Of a DNA stretch of 64,000 bases, positions 9,460 through 18,691 are shown piece after piece; position 1 is the first letter of the stretch, and the number at the start of each line of letters is the position of its first letter. A model generated the notes under the pieces. It saw only the letters and a program-made list of their open reading frames with translations. It was not told where the DNA came from and ran no database searches. The position numbers were made by a program, and so were the translations under genes. This stretch comes from an uncultured Candidatus Actinomarina sp. Its GTDB lineage: Bacteria > Actinomycetota > Acidimicrobiia > Actinomarinales > Actinomarinaceae. Location: NCBI GenBank assembly GCA_902510995.1, contig CABXDL010000002.1, forward strand, positions 17,007-81,006. The letters run 5' to 3'.

Positions 9460-10010
9460 GCAGGGTAAGTATGAACTATAAGTTCATTATTTATTATTTC
9501 ATGAATTCCGCAATGTTCAGGTTTATTGATATTAAAGGAATCTTCTTTTAGTTTGTAATATGTAAATGACCTTATTGTATCTTGATGGCTAACAAAGACA
9601 GAGTTATTGGATTCTTGATATATATTTTTAACTCTTTTATATACATCAAAATAAGTCTCTTCATTTGACTTTAGTTTCACTGGATCATCTAAATATTGTT
9701 TGTATTCTTCAGTTTGGCTAAATTCGTTAAAAGTTTTACCTTTCCAGATGTTTGTTCCACCCCACTCAATTAAATTATTTCTATAGTTGATATTTATTTT
9801 AAATAGTTTTGATAAAGGTTCAGCGGTTTGTCTTGCTCTAAGTAATGGGGAGGAAAAAATATATTTAATATCAAAATTATTAAAAATGTATTTAGCAGCA
9901 CTTTCAGCTTGATTGTGACCTTTCTTACTCAATTCATAACCAGCTAAATCGCCATAAAAGATATCTTTCTTGTTTTTGACTTCTCCATGCCTCAAAAATA
10001 ATTTGCTCAC
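9456..10010 (-). CDS. Histidine phosphatase family protein
   Basis: Contains the RHG catalytic motif (LFLRHGEV), SSPLLRARQTA, and a downstream His (VSHQD). Confidence 0.8.
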   Translation of the reverse strand: MSKLFLRHGEVKNKKDIFYGDLAGYELSKKGHNQAESAAKYIFNNFDIKYIFSSPLLRARQTAEPLSKLFKININYRNNLIEWGGTNIWKGKTFNEFSQTEEYKQYLDDPVKLKSNEETYFDVYKRVKNIYQESNNSVFVSHQDTIRSFTYYKLKEDSFNINKPEHCGIHEIINNELIVHTYPA

Positions 10011-10048
10011 AAGTACAGCGTAGTTTCAAATTATATTAAAATCTTCAT

Positions 10049-10399
10049 ATGGGTTTGAATAAAAAAGAAGAAGAGATATTAAAACAAATTGAACTGGGTT
10101 TAACTGAAGAAGACCCAAAACTTGAAAAGGCTGTTAAATCTTTAACACTTTCAAACTTTTCAAGAGGTAGATCAATCATTTCAGGTATAACATTTATTCT
10201 TGGATTTTTTTTGATGATTGGTTCTTATATTATACAACCACTTGTTGCAGTTATTGGATTTGTATTGATGGCTTTAGCTGGTTATGTTTTTGTTACCAAT
10301 ACAAGATCACTTCTGAAAGCTGAAAATATCAATGAATGGAATTTTAGGCAAATATTTAATCTTCTAAGAAATAAAGATAACTCTAGACAAAAGAAATAG
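10049..10399 (+). CDS. DUF3040-like membrane protein
   Basis: The N-terminal segment EEEILKQIELGLTEEDPKLEKAV is followed by two TM helices. This family typically flanks the actinobacterial dcw cluster. Confidence 0.7.
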   Translation: MGLNKKEEEILKQIELGLTEEDPKLEKAVKSLTLSNFSRGRSIISGITFILGFFLMIGSYIIQPLVAVIGFVLMALAGYVFVTNTRSLLKAENINEWNFRQIFNLLRNKDNSRQKK

Positions 10400-10447
10400 A
10401 ATAAATTAAATTTAATAATACATCATATTTTTTAAGGAGTAAGGATT

Positions 10448-10939
10448 TTGAAGAAAGATGCATTAACATCTAAACAAGCTTGTTATTTATCAGGCTGCAC
10501 TTCACATCAATTAAGATATTGGGATAAAGTAGGATTAGTTTCTCCAACAATACAATCATCAAACGGAAAACCTGGAGTACCAAAGCTTTATTCATTTAGA
10601 GACATTGTTTCTCTTAGAGTTATTAAAACTTTATTAGATAATGGTATGAGTATTCAAAGAGTTAGAAGAGCGTGGAAATATTTAACAACAAATGGAAATC
10701 TTGAAGATCAACTTTCAGAAGTAAAACTTATATCAGATGGTGACACAATATTTTCAATAGAAGAAGATAAAGTTTTTGATGCACTGAAGTCAGGTCAACT
10801 TGCATTTTTTGAAACAATTGATGTGGTAACAAAAGAAGTAAGAGAAGATGTAACCAAATTTGAATTAGATAAAGAAAGATTTTTAAATTTGTTGACTAGA
10901 GTAGAAGAAGATGTACTTAGTCAGCAAAGGCATGCTTAA
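10448..10939 (+). CDS. MerR family transcriptional regulator
   Basis: The N-terminal MerR HTH reads LTSKQACYLSGCTSHQLRYWDKVGLVSP...YSFRDIVSLRVIKTLLDNGMSIQRV. The start is TTG with an AAGGAG SD. Confidence 0.8.
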   Translation: MKKDALTSKQACYLSGCTSHQLRYWDKVGLVSPTIQSSNGKPGVPKLYSFRDIVSLRVIKTLLDNGMSIQRVRRAWKYLTTNGNLEDQLSEVKLISDGDTIFSIEEDKVFDALKSGQLAFFETIDVVTKEVREDVTKFELDKERFLNLLTRVEEDVLSQQRHA

Positions 10940-10966
10940 CAAAAATATAAAACATAATATTTTATT

Positions 10967-11479
10967 ATGAATAATTTTAACGCGCATAGAACTCTTATTT
11001 TAAATTCTACTTTTCAACCTCTTTCTGTTGCTTCAGCAAAAAGATCAGTGTCACTACTCTTATCAAATAAAATAAATGTTATAAAAGAATCGAATTTAGA
11101 AATTCATTCAGAAAATAAAGTTATTAAAATTCCAAAAGTAGCTTTATTAACTTATTATGTGAAAGCACCTTATGCAAGGAGAGTAGCTTTAAATCGATCA
11201 AATATATTTATAAGAGATTTTAATACATGTCAATATTGTGGAAATACTGCTGAGTCGATAGACCATATAATTCCAAAATCAAAAGGCGGTAAACATGAGT
11301 GGTTAAATGTTGTTGCTTGTTGTAAGAAATGCAATCTTGTAAAAGCAGATAAATTATTAAATCAAACAATCTTGAAACTAAAAAATTTTCCAATTAAACC
11401 AGAAGGTAATTTCTGGATAAAAACAATAATTGGATCTAATCCAGACCCCGAATGGGAAGAATACCTAATTTCGGCATAA
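10967..11479 (+). CDS. HNH endonuclease domain protein
   Basis: Contains CQYCG...IDHIIPKSKGGKHEWLNVVACCKKCNLVK, which is the HNH/McrA-type motif. Confidence 0.8.
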   Translation: MNNFNAHRTLILNSTFQPLSVASAKRSVSLLLSNKINVIKESNLEIHSENKVIKIPKVALLTYYVKAPYARRVALNRSNIFIRDFNTCQYCGNTAESIDHIIPKSKGGKHEWLNVVACCKKCNLVKADKLLNQTILKLKNFPIKPEGNFWIKTIIGSNPDPEWEEYLISA

Positions 11480-11498
11480 TTTTTTTTCTTGTTTTGTG

Positions 11499-11527
11499 TT
11501 GCGCAGTGTCATAAAGTGTCATATAAT
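11499..11527 (+). promoter_or_regulatory. Candidate sigma-70-type promoter of the dcw operon
   Basis: TTGCGC (11499-11504), a 17-nt spacer, then TATAAT (11522-11527). It lies 38 nt upstream of the mraZ GTG. Confidence 0.4.
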
Positions 11528-11568
11528 GTGTAAAAGTGGTTCAAGGCACGAAAGGCGGAGAAAAGTGT
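11503..11568 (+). promoter_or_regulatory. Phased direct repeats resembling MraZ operator boxes
   Basis: gcAGTGT (11503-09), AAAGTGT (11513-19), atAATGT (11523-29) and AAAGTGG (11533-39) recur at an exact 10-bp period. A fifth AAAGTGT (11562-68) overlaps the GTG start. Confidence 0.5.
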
Positions 11569-11990
11569 TCCTTGGTGAATTTAGACATACTATGGATTCG
11601 AAGGGAAGGGTAGTAATACCTTCGAAATTCAGAAAAGAGCTTCAACAGGGCTGTGTGGTCACTAAGGGACTAGATAATTGCCTACAGGTGTTGACTAAGA
11701 AAAATTGGCTTGATGAATCTGCAAAAATGGCTTCACTTCCTCCTACTGAAAAGACTTCCAGACAATTGAGAAGGGCTTTATTTAGTGGAGCTATTGATTC
11801 TCAATTAGATTCAGCAGGAAGAATACAGATACCTGAAAATCTAAGAAAATACAGTGACATCGATATAAATGATGATGTAACGGTTACAGGATCAGGTCCA
11901 GTTATTGAAATTTGGTCTACAAAAGTTTGGAAAAAAATTCAAAACGATGCTGATAAAGCATTTGCAAATATTAACGAAGTGAAAGGATAA
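11565..11990 (+). CDS. mraZ: Transcriptional regulator MraZ
   Basis: Starting at the GTG at 11565, the protein reads (M)FLGEFRHTMDSKGRVVIPSKFR, the canonical MraZ N-terminus, with a second SpoVT-AbrB repeat (DSAGRIQIP). GGAG lies 4 nt upstream. The ATG at 11496 in the ORF track adds a non-homologous extension that covers the promoter. Confidence 0.92.
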   Translation: MFLGEFRHTMDSKGRVVIPSKFRKELQQGCVVTKGLDNCLQVLTKKNWLDESAKMASLPPTEKTSRQLRRALFSGAIDSQLDSAGRIQIPENLRKYSDIDINDDVTVTGSGPVIEIWSTKVWKKIQNDADKAFANINEVKG

Positions 11991-11998
11991 GTTCATAG

Positions 11999-12075
11999 CC
12001 AGCTCTCTAGACAACTAAATTGGAATACCCTTACTCCGCCCAACTTTCCAATTGGTGCCAGTACTAGAGAGCTGG
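11999..12075 (+). promoter_or_regulatory. Structured RNA element in the mraZ-rsmH spacer (candidate mraW-motif-like cis-regulator)
   Basis: A perfect 12-bp outer stem CCAGCTCTCTAG (11999-12010) pairs with CTAGAGAGCTGG (12064-12075). It encloses a perfect 8-bp stem AATTGGAA (12018-12025) pairing with TTCCAATT (12046-12053) and a C-rich 20-nt loop. The element ends 2 nt before the rsmH ATG. Confidence 0.5.
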
Positions 12076-12077
12076 GT

Positions 12078-12995
12078 ATGAATACAAACAGGGCCGAGTA
12101 TTTGCCACATGAGGGTGTGATGATGGAAGAAGTCTCTTCCTTACTTAAAGATGTACCTAGTGGAACTTTTGTAGATGCAACTTATGGTTATGGTTCACAT
12201 TTCAATTTATTAAATAATTTTAACCATTTAAATTTTCTGGGATTTGATCGTGATTTAGAATCTGTAAATAATAGTAAAAATGAGCATGATGTTTTCCATT
12301 TAAATTTTTCTGAAATATACAATTTTTTGTCAAAAAATAATTATCTACCTTTAAGTGGAGTTTTTTATGACTTCGGATTATCTTCTCATCAGGTTGATTC
12401 TGATTTAAGAGGTTTTTCTTTTCAAAAAAATGCAAATCTGGATATGAGAATGAATACTAAACAAGTATTAACTGCTGAAAGAATTGTAAATAACTATTCA
12501 GAAAAAGAATTAATTAGTGTTTTAAAAAACTATAGTGAAGATAAGTATTCTAAAAAAATTGCTATAAAAATAGTTGAATCTAGACCTCTCACAACTACAA
12601 ATGAATTAGTCTCTGTAATCAGAGAAGCTGTCCCTAAACAAAATCCTATATTTACTGATAAAACAATAAGAAGAATATTTCAAGCCCTAAGAATTGAAGT
12701 TAATAATGAATTAAATGAAATAAAAGATTCATTAAATTCGATAAAAGACTCTATAAATAAAAAGGGAGTAATAGTTTGTATTTCTTATCATTCTCTTGAA
12801 GATAAGATTGTTAAAAAGTTTTTTAATGAAATTACTACGTATTGCATTTGTGATCCTAGGATTCCTATTTGTGCATGTGATACACAGCAACAATTTACAT
12901 ACCCAAAGAAAAAAAAATATACACCATCAGAAAAAGAGAAAGAATCTAATCCGAGATCGAGATCAGCGATTATGAGGTATGTAGTTAAATTATGA
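12078..12995 (+). CDS. rsmH: 16S rRNA (cytosine1402-N4)-methyltransferase
   Basis: RsmH/MraW family similarity (DATYGYGSH, GVFYDFGLSSHQVD, SYHSLEDKIVK, NPRSRSA). It sits in the canonical position after mraZ. Confidence 0.93.
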   Translation: MNTNRAEYLPHEGVMMEEVSSLLKDVPSGTFVDATYGYGSHFNLLNNFNHLNFLGFDRDLESVNNSKNEHDVFHLNFSEIYNFLSKNNYLPLSGVFYDFGLSSHQVDSDLRGFSFQKNANLDMRMNTKQVLTAERIVNNYSEKELISVLKNYSEDKYSKKIAIKIVESRPLTTTNELVSVIREAVPKQNPIFTDKTIRRIFQALRIEVNNELNEIKDSLNSIKDSINKKGVIVCISYHSLEDKIVKKFFNEITTYCICDPRIPICACDTQQQFTYPKKKKYTPSEKEKESNPRSRSAIMRYVVKL

Positions 12996-13315
12996 GAAAA
13001 TCTTTTTTATTTATATCAATTTACCTATCAATATTTGCAATAGTTTCAGCGCCCTTAATTCTGAATATAAGAATCAATGAATTAGAAAATAAGAAAGGTG
13101 AATTGAATACAGAAATAGATATATTAGAAAAACAAAAAATGTTGATTAAACAAAAACATAAAGAAAAATATTCAATAAGTAGTATCGAACAATTAGCAAA
13201 AATAAATTCTTACGAAAGATTAGAAATTTCGCAAAAAATAAACAAGTTAGAAATACCTTATAAATTAAAAAGTCAAGAAAAAGAAAAAATTGCAATCTTA
13301 GGTTTTGGTAGATAA
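12992..13315 (+). CDS. ftsL: Cell division protein FtsL-like (TM anchor plus coiled coil)
   Basis: 107 aa with an N-terminal TM helix followed by a heptad-rich segment. It lies between rsmH and ftsI. The call rests on position and architecture only. Confidence 0.6.
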   Translation: MRKSFLFISIYLSIFAIVSAPLILNIRINELENKKGELNTEIDILEKQKMLIKQKHKEKYSISSIEQLAKINSYERLEISQKINKLEIPYKLKSQEKEKIAILGFGR

Positions 13316-13317
13316 TT

Positions 13318-14991
13318 ATGAGGTTCAAGAAGACGAAACTATTAACTTTATTTTTAATTTTAAATATATTTGCATTATTTTCATCAGTAATATTTATTGA
13401 AGAAATATACAAGCTTCAATTTACTGATTCTGAATATTTTAAAAATAAAGCATTATCAAACAGACAAAAAATAGAAATAATAGAAGCTAAAAGGGGATCA
13501 ATTCTTGATAAAAATTATAATGAAGTATCAGAAAGTATTAATGCTTTCAATATTGGTATTTATCCAGATAAAATAAGTAACAAAGAAAATGCTTCTGAAC
13601 TTTTATCTCCATTGCTAAAAATTGATAAGTCAATAATCAATGAGAGTCTTAACAATAATAAGAATTATTTTTATCTTAAAAGGAATGTTGATTTTGATGT
13701 AGGTTCGAAAATTAAAGATTGGAATTATGAAGGAATTAATGTTGAAAAATCCTCTAAAAGAATTATTTATACAGATTCATTAAAACATATCATTGGCCAT
13801 GTAGATCCAGATGGAAATGGGATTGAAGGTTTAGAACTCTATTTTGATAATTCTTTAAAGGGTAAGGATGGAGAATTGAGATATGAAGCAGCACCAAATG
13901 GGGATTTTATTCCACAAGGCAAAAGTAGTATATTAGACCCAATCCATGGGGCAGATTTAGTTTTATCAATTGATCATGAATTGCAATATATTTCTGAAAA
14001 TCTTTGTATAGATGCTATAAAAGCAACCAATGCATTTAAGTGCTCCGTTGTATTTGTAAACGCTGAAAACGGTGAAATAATTATTTCTGCTGAAAAATCA
14101 AATATTAATAATGAATATTTTAATATAAATTTAATTAGTGGAAGAGCTTTGTACGAACCTGGCTCAGCATTGAAAATATTTACGATAGGGTCTTTACTTG
14201 ATAGTCAAGTATTAAATGAAAATGATACATATTATGTAGAAGATAAAATTGAGATAATTGAAAATTCTTGTGGGAAGCTCTATGAGGGACTCAAGGGTTG
14301 TTTTAGAGATTTTTTAAATCACGAGCCCTATCAGTTAACTGTTAAAGAAATAATTGAAAGATCATCAAACGTAGGAACTATTAAAGTGACAGAAGCTTCT
14401 AGTGTTGCTGAGATTGAAAATTATTTAATGAAGTTTGGTTTTTCTCAAAAAACAGGCGTTGAACTAACAGGAGAAGCGAAAGGTGGATTCGTTGACTATA
14501 AACGTTGTTTAACTTGTTTAAGTTCCTTGTCCATTGGCTACTCTATAACCGTATCTCAGTATCAAATGGTTAGAGCTTATAGCATAATTGCTAATGGCGG
14601 TAGAGATGTAAAATTAACTTTAGTGCAAAAAGATAAAGTTGAATTTATAGATAATGAAATTATTAGTGCAGAAATGTCGGAAAGATTAAAAAAACTACTT
14701 ATAAATGTGGTAGAAGGAAAAAATGGTACAGGAAAATCTCTTAGAAAAGAGGGTTATATTATTGGGGGTAAGACTGGGACAAGCAGGACACATATAGAAG
14801 GAGTAGGATACTCAGAAGATAGATTCAACACTTCATTTACAGGATTTGTTGAAACAAAAGAAGGTCCAATTGTTGGGTCAGTAGTTCTTTGGGGAGCAAA
14901 AACAAATCCATCATCTGAATATGTAACAGGTGGGTCTACAGCAGCTCCAGTATTTAAAAAAATTATTACTTACTTTGTACCTAAGGATTAA
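13318..14991 (+). CDS. ftsI: Penicillin-binding protein (class B transpeptidase, FtsI-like)
   Basis: Carries SxxK (SALK), SxN (SSN) and KTG (KTGT) motifs plus an N-terminal TM anchor. It is in the expected dcw position. Confidence 0.9.
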   Translation: MRFKKTKLLTLFLILNIFALFSSVIFIEEIYKLQFTDSEYFKNKALSNRQKIEIIEAKRGSILDKNYNEVSESINAFNIGIYPDKISNKENASELLSPLLKIDKSIINESLNNNKNYFYLKRNVDFDVGSKIKDWNYEGINVEKSSKRIIYTDSLKHIIGHVDPDGNGIEGLELYFDNSLKGKDGELRYEAAPNGDFIPQGKSSILDPIHGADLVLSIDHELQYISENLCIDAIKATNAFKCSVVFVNAENGEIIISAEKSNINNEYFNINLISGRALYEPGSALKIFTIGSLLDSQVLNENDTYYVEDKIEIIENSCGKLYEGLKGCFRDFLNHEPYQLTVKEIIERSSNVGTIKVTEASSVAEIENYLMKFGFSQKTGVELTGEAKGGFVDYKRCLTCLSSLSIGYSITVSQYQMVRAYSIIANGGRDVKLTLVQKDKVEFIDNEIISAEMSERLKKLLINVVEGKNGTGKSLRKEGYIIGGKTGTSRTHIEGVGYSEDRFNTSFTGFVETKEGPIVGSVVLWGAKTNPSSEYVTGGSTAAPVFKKIITYFVPKD

Positions 14992-14993
14992 CA

Positions 14994-16409
14994 ATGAATT
15001 CATTAAATATTGATGAGTTATTTTCAAGTAAAAATATTAATTCTAATGAAATCATAAACAGCACTGTTGATATAACCAAAAATTCAATACTTTTTTTAAA
15101 TAATAAATCATTAGAAAAGCTTGATAAGTTAATTAGGGAAGCTCTTGATAGTGATGTAAAAGCAATTGTAACTAAGGAAGATTGTACTGTTTCAAACGAT
15201 AAAATAATAAAAGTAAAAAATTATGATGAAATATTTAAAGATGTTTTACAAAAAATATGTCCAAATTATGAAAATAAAAATTATTATGGAATAACTGGAA
15301 CAAATGGTAAAACAACAACAGGTTTTTATTTAAATCAGTTGATTAGTTCAAAGTCCTTATTTATTGGAACTACTGAGTCAGTTCAACTAAAAAAAATTAC
15401 TAATGAAGAACATTTAACTACTCCAAAACTATTCAATATAATAAAATTATTAGGCCTCAAAGAAAATAATGAAATTAATGATGTAATAGTTGAAATATCT
15501 TCACATGCTTTAGAACAAGATAGATTAAAAGGAGTAAAATTTAAAGTGTCTGGATTTACAAATCTATCGCAAGATCATTTTGACTATCATAAAAATATTG
15601 AAAACTATTTCAATTCAAAATTGAAACTTTTTAAAAATGAAATATCAGAAAAATTTGTTTATATAGATTCACAATGGGGAAATAAAATTAAATCATTAAC
15701 AACGATACCTTCATTTAGTATTGGCATGAATAAAAAAAATAATTTGTATATAAAGAATGTTATTGTTAGAAAAGAAAATTATGATATAAATTTTGAAATC
15801 GAAGGAAATAATTATGATGTTTCAGTTCCTTTGTCAGGTCCAGAATCACATTTAAACTATTTGCTCGCACTTTCAATGGCTTATTTTTCAGAACTTAATG
15901 ATTTAGATTCAATATTAGAAGCATCATTGAAATTAACAAATCCGCTTGGCAGGTATGAAATTATCAAATATAAAAATAATAATGAAATTATTGTAGATTT
16001 TGCACACACACCAGAATCAATTACTCAAGTTATTAATTTTGTTAAAAATAAATATAGTAAAGTTATTGTTATTTTGGGTGCTGGAGGAAACAGAGATAAA
16101 GAAAAGAGACCTTTAATGGGTAATGCTGTTAATTTAGCTGACAAGATAATAATTACAAATGATAATCCAAGGTATGAAGACGAAAAAGAAATAGCCAAAA
16201 ATATATTAAGTGGTATTGAATTAAATAAAGAAACTCAAGTAATACTTAATCGAAAAGACGCAATAATAGAAGGGATTAATAATCTCGAGAAAGATTCTGT
16301 ATTATTAATATTAGGGAAAGGTCATGAGACAATTCAAGAATTTAAAGGCTCTTCAGTAGAATTTAGCGATCAAAAAATAGTTAAAGAGTATATTAAGGAA
16401 AAATTATGA
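14994..16409 (+). CDS. murE: UDP-N-acetylmuramoyl-L-alanyl-D-glutamate--2,6-diaminopimelate ligase
   Basis: Has the Mur ligase P-loop GITGTNGKTT and the DNPR motif (TNDNPRYED) typical of meso-DAP-adding MurE. Confidence 0.9.
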   Translation: MNSLNIDELFSSKNINSNEIINSTVDITKNSILFLNNKSLEKLDKLIREALDSDVKAIVTKEDCTVSNDKIIKVKNYDEIFKDVLQKICPNYENKNYYGITGTNGKTTTGFYLNQLISSKSLFIGTTESVQLKKITNEEHLTTPKLFNIIKLLGLKENNEINDVIVEISSHALEQDRLKGVKFKVSGFTNLSQDHFDYHKNIENYFNSKLKLFKNEISEKFVYIDSQWGNKIKSLTTIPSFSIGMNKKNNLYIKNVIVRKENYDINFEIEGNNYDVSVPLSGPESHLNYLLALSMAYFSELNDLDSILEASLKLTNPLGRYEIIKYKNNNEIIVDFAHTPESITQVINFVKNKYSKVIVILGAGGNRDKEKRPLMGNAVNLADKIIITNDNPRYEDEKEIAKNILSGIELNKETQVILNRKDAIIEGINNLEKDSVLLILGKGHETIQEFKGSSVEFSDQKIVKEYIKEKL

Positions 16410-17464
16410 TTGGAATAATAGTTGCTGGCGGTCTAAGTTTCTTATTTGTAATTTTTTCTACATCAATTGGTGTTAATTATTTTAAAACTAGAAATATAGG
16501 ACAACCAATACAGGAAGAATTAAATTTTCATGAGCATAAAAAGGGAACTCCAACAATGGGGGGAGTATTTATTATTTTAGGTTCTTTCGTAGGCTTTATT
16601 TTGTCACATATAAATTTTTGGACTATTGGCAAAGGTTACAAAGTTGAATTATTGTCTATAAAACCAGAAATATTTAATCTTTTACTTTTAGGCACCCTAA
16701 TGGGCTTTGTTGGACTGATTGATGATTATTTGAAAGTAAATAAGAATAGAAATTTAGGTTTAAAAGCAAAAAATAAATTTATACTTCAATCAATTGTGGC
16801 TTTATTGGGAAGTTACTATTTTTATTTTTTAAATGACTCAACTATCTTTTATCTATTTAGTGGTTTTGGTATCGATGTTGGAATTATTAAATGGTTTTTA
16901 ATTGTATTTATTATTGTCGGAATAACTAATGCTGTAAATTTAACTGACGGATTAGATGGTTTAGTTGCTGGAAGTTCTTCAGTATCTTTTGGTGGTATAT
17001 TAATAATTGCCTTCTGGATATTTAGGCATCCTGATTATTATTCTAATTTCATAAATCCTATTTTTATTTCAGTTGAATTAGCAGTTTTAATATCTTCAAT
17101 AGCAGGCTCTTGCTTGGGTTTTCTATGGTGGAATACTAATCCAGCAAAAATAATTATGGGAGATGTTGGTTCACAATTTATTGGTTCAATGTTCCCGCTA
17201 ATATTATTTGCTATTGGAGCTGATACCTTAATCCTCTTTTTTTGTTTTCTTTATATTGTTGAAGCTATGTCTGTAATAATTCAAGTTTTGTCATTTAGAT
17301 ATAGAGGTAAAAGAGTATTTAAAATGACTCCTATACACCATCATTTTGAAATGAATAATTGGGCAGAAACAACTATTATTGTTAGATTTTGGATTATAAA
17401 TGGAATAGTTATCGTAATAGGGCTAGGTCTTTTCTATGGTGATTGGGTCTTGTTTGGTAATTAA
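16406..17464 (+). CDS. mraY: Phospho-N-acetylmuramoyl-pentapeptide transferase
   Basis: A polytopic membrane protein with MraY motifs (PTMGG, NAVNLTDGLDGL, MGDVGS, PIHHHFE). Confidence 0.95.
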   Translation: MIGIIVAGGLSFLFVIFSTSIGVNYFKTRNIGQPIQEELNFHEHKKGTPTMGGVFIILGSFVGFILSHINFWTIGKGYKVELLSIKPEIFNLLLLGTLMGFVGLIDDYLKVNKNRNLGLKAKNKFILQSIVALLGSYYFYFLNDSTIFYLFSGFGIDVGIIKWFLIVFIIVGITNAVNLTDGLDGLVAGSSSVSFGGILIIAFWIFRHPDYYSNFINPIFISVELAVLISSIAGSCLGFLWWNTNPAKIIMGDVGSQFIGSMFPLILFAIGADTLILFFCFLYIVEAMSVIIQVLSFRYRGKRVFKMTPIHHHFEMNNWAETTIIVRFWIINGIVIVIGLGLFYGDWVLFGN

Positions 17465-18691
17465 GTGAAGAAACTAATATTTGGATACGGGGCAACAGGG
17501 AAATCAGTAGAAGATTATTTTCAAAGAAATAATATTGGATATTTAATATATGATGATGATAAAAATATAAATATTTCAAATGAGCTCATATTTGATGAGA
17601 AAAGATTGGATGAAATTGATGAAGTAATTATTTCTCCGGGAATAAAACCTACTCATCCGTTATTAGGTGAAATTAAATCTAAAGAATTGATTGTCAATAC
17701 AGATATTGATTTATTTAATGATATATATAAAGGCAAAATAATTGGAGTAACTGGAACAAACGGGAAAACTACGTTTGTTAATTTATTAACAGAATATTTG
17801 AATTCACAAGGAATAAAATCAATTGCTGTTGGCAATGTTGGAAAATCTCCGATTGAGATTATTGGTGAAGATTATGAATTTGTTATAATGGAGCTTTCCA
17901 GTTTCCAGCTTTATTACATAAATAGATTAAAATTATATAAAGCTATTGTTTTAAATATTTATGAAGATCATTTGGATTGGCACTTAGATTTTGAAGAATA
18001 TCGTAATACAAAGTTAAAAATACGTGAATTTACAGATTCCAATAGTGGTGAAAGTTCAGAAAACTATGATTCTGATGTTGAACCTGATTATCATGATCTA
18101 ATTTCTAAAAAAAATAAATTAATTGAACAAGCAGGAATATTAGATATAGTTTCAGATATTCCCCTATATGAAGAAACCATATATATTTTTCTCAAAGTTG
18201 TTAATGATTTAAAACTATATAATGATTTCAATTTAAATAATGATTCTATAAAACAATTCTTATCAAATTATAAAACGGAAGAACACAGGTTCGAGGTTAT
18301 AGATCAATTTGATAATGTTATTTACATAAATGACTCAAAGTCAACCAATTTTAATTCTCTTTCAAAGGCAACTTCAGAAATAGATAATGGAATTTTAGTA
18401 TTACATGGGATAACAAAAAATATTAGCTCTAAAGATTTAAAAATATCTAAAAAAGTTAAAACTATTTTAGTTCCAGAAGATATGGAAATTAATTTAAGTG
18501 ATACAAATGCAAAAATAATTAAATTAAAGTCAATATTTGAAATACAAGAAGTACTTATAGATATCATAAAACCAGGTGATACAGTTTTATTCTCCTGTGG
18601 GGGAGCAAGTTTTAATGACTTTAAGAATTATGAGGAAAGAGGCAAATTCTTTAAATCAGTTGTATCAAATATAAAGGTAAAAAATGGTTAG
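17465..18691 (+). CDS. murD: UDP-N-acetylmuramoylalanine--D-glutamate ligase
   Basis: Has the P-loop GVTGTNGKTT. It starts with GTG immediately after the mraY stop and is in the expected dcw position. Confidence 0.88.
   Translation: MKKLIFGYGATGKSVEDYFQRNNIGYLIYDDDKNINISNELIFDEKRLDEIDEVIISPGIKPTHPLLGEIKSKELIVNTDIDLFNDIYKGKIIGVTGTNGKTTFVNLLTEYLNSQGIKSIAVGNVGKSPIEIIGEDYEFVIMELSSFQLYYINRLKLYKAIVLNIYEDHLDWHLDFEEYRNTKLKIREFTDSNSGESSENYDSDVEPDYHDLISKKNKLIEQAGILDIVSDIPLYEETIYIFLKVVNDLKLYNDFNLNNDSIKQFLSNYKTEEHRFEVIDQFDNVIYINDSKSTNFNSLSKATSEIDNGILVLHGITKNISSKDLKISKKVKTILVPEDMEINLSDTNAKIIKLKSIFEIQEVLIDIIKPGDTVLFSCGGASFNDFKNYEERGKFFKSVVSNIKVKNG

Noticed and set aside
11496-11564. An ATG-initiated 23-codon N-terminal extension of mraZ in the ORF track.
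   Set aside because: The extension covers the promoter and operator repeats and has no homology. The canonical MraZ N-terminus (FLGEF.H..D.KGR) starts at the GTG at 11565 with GGAG 4 nt upstream.
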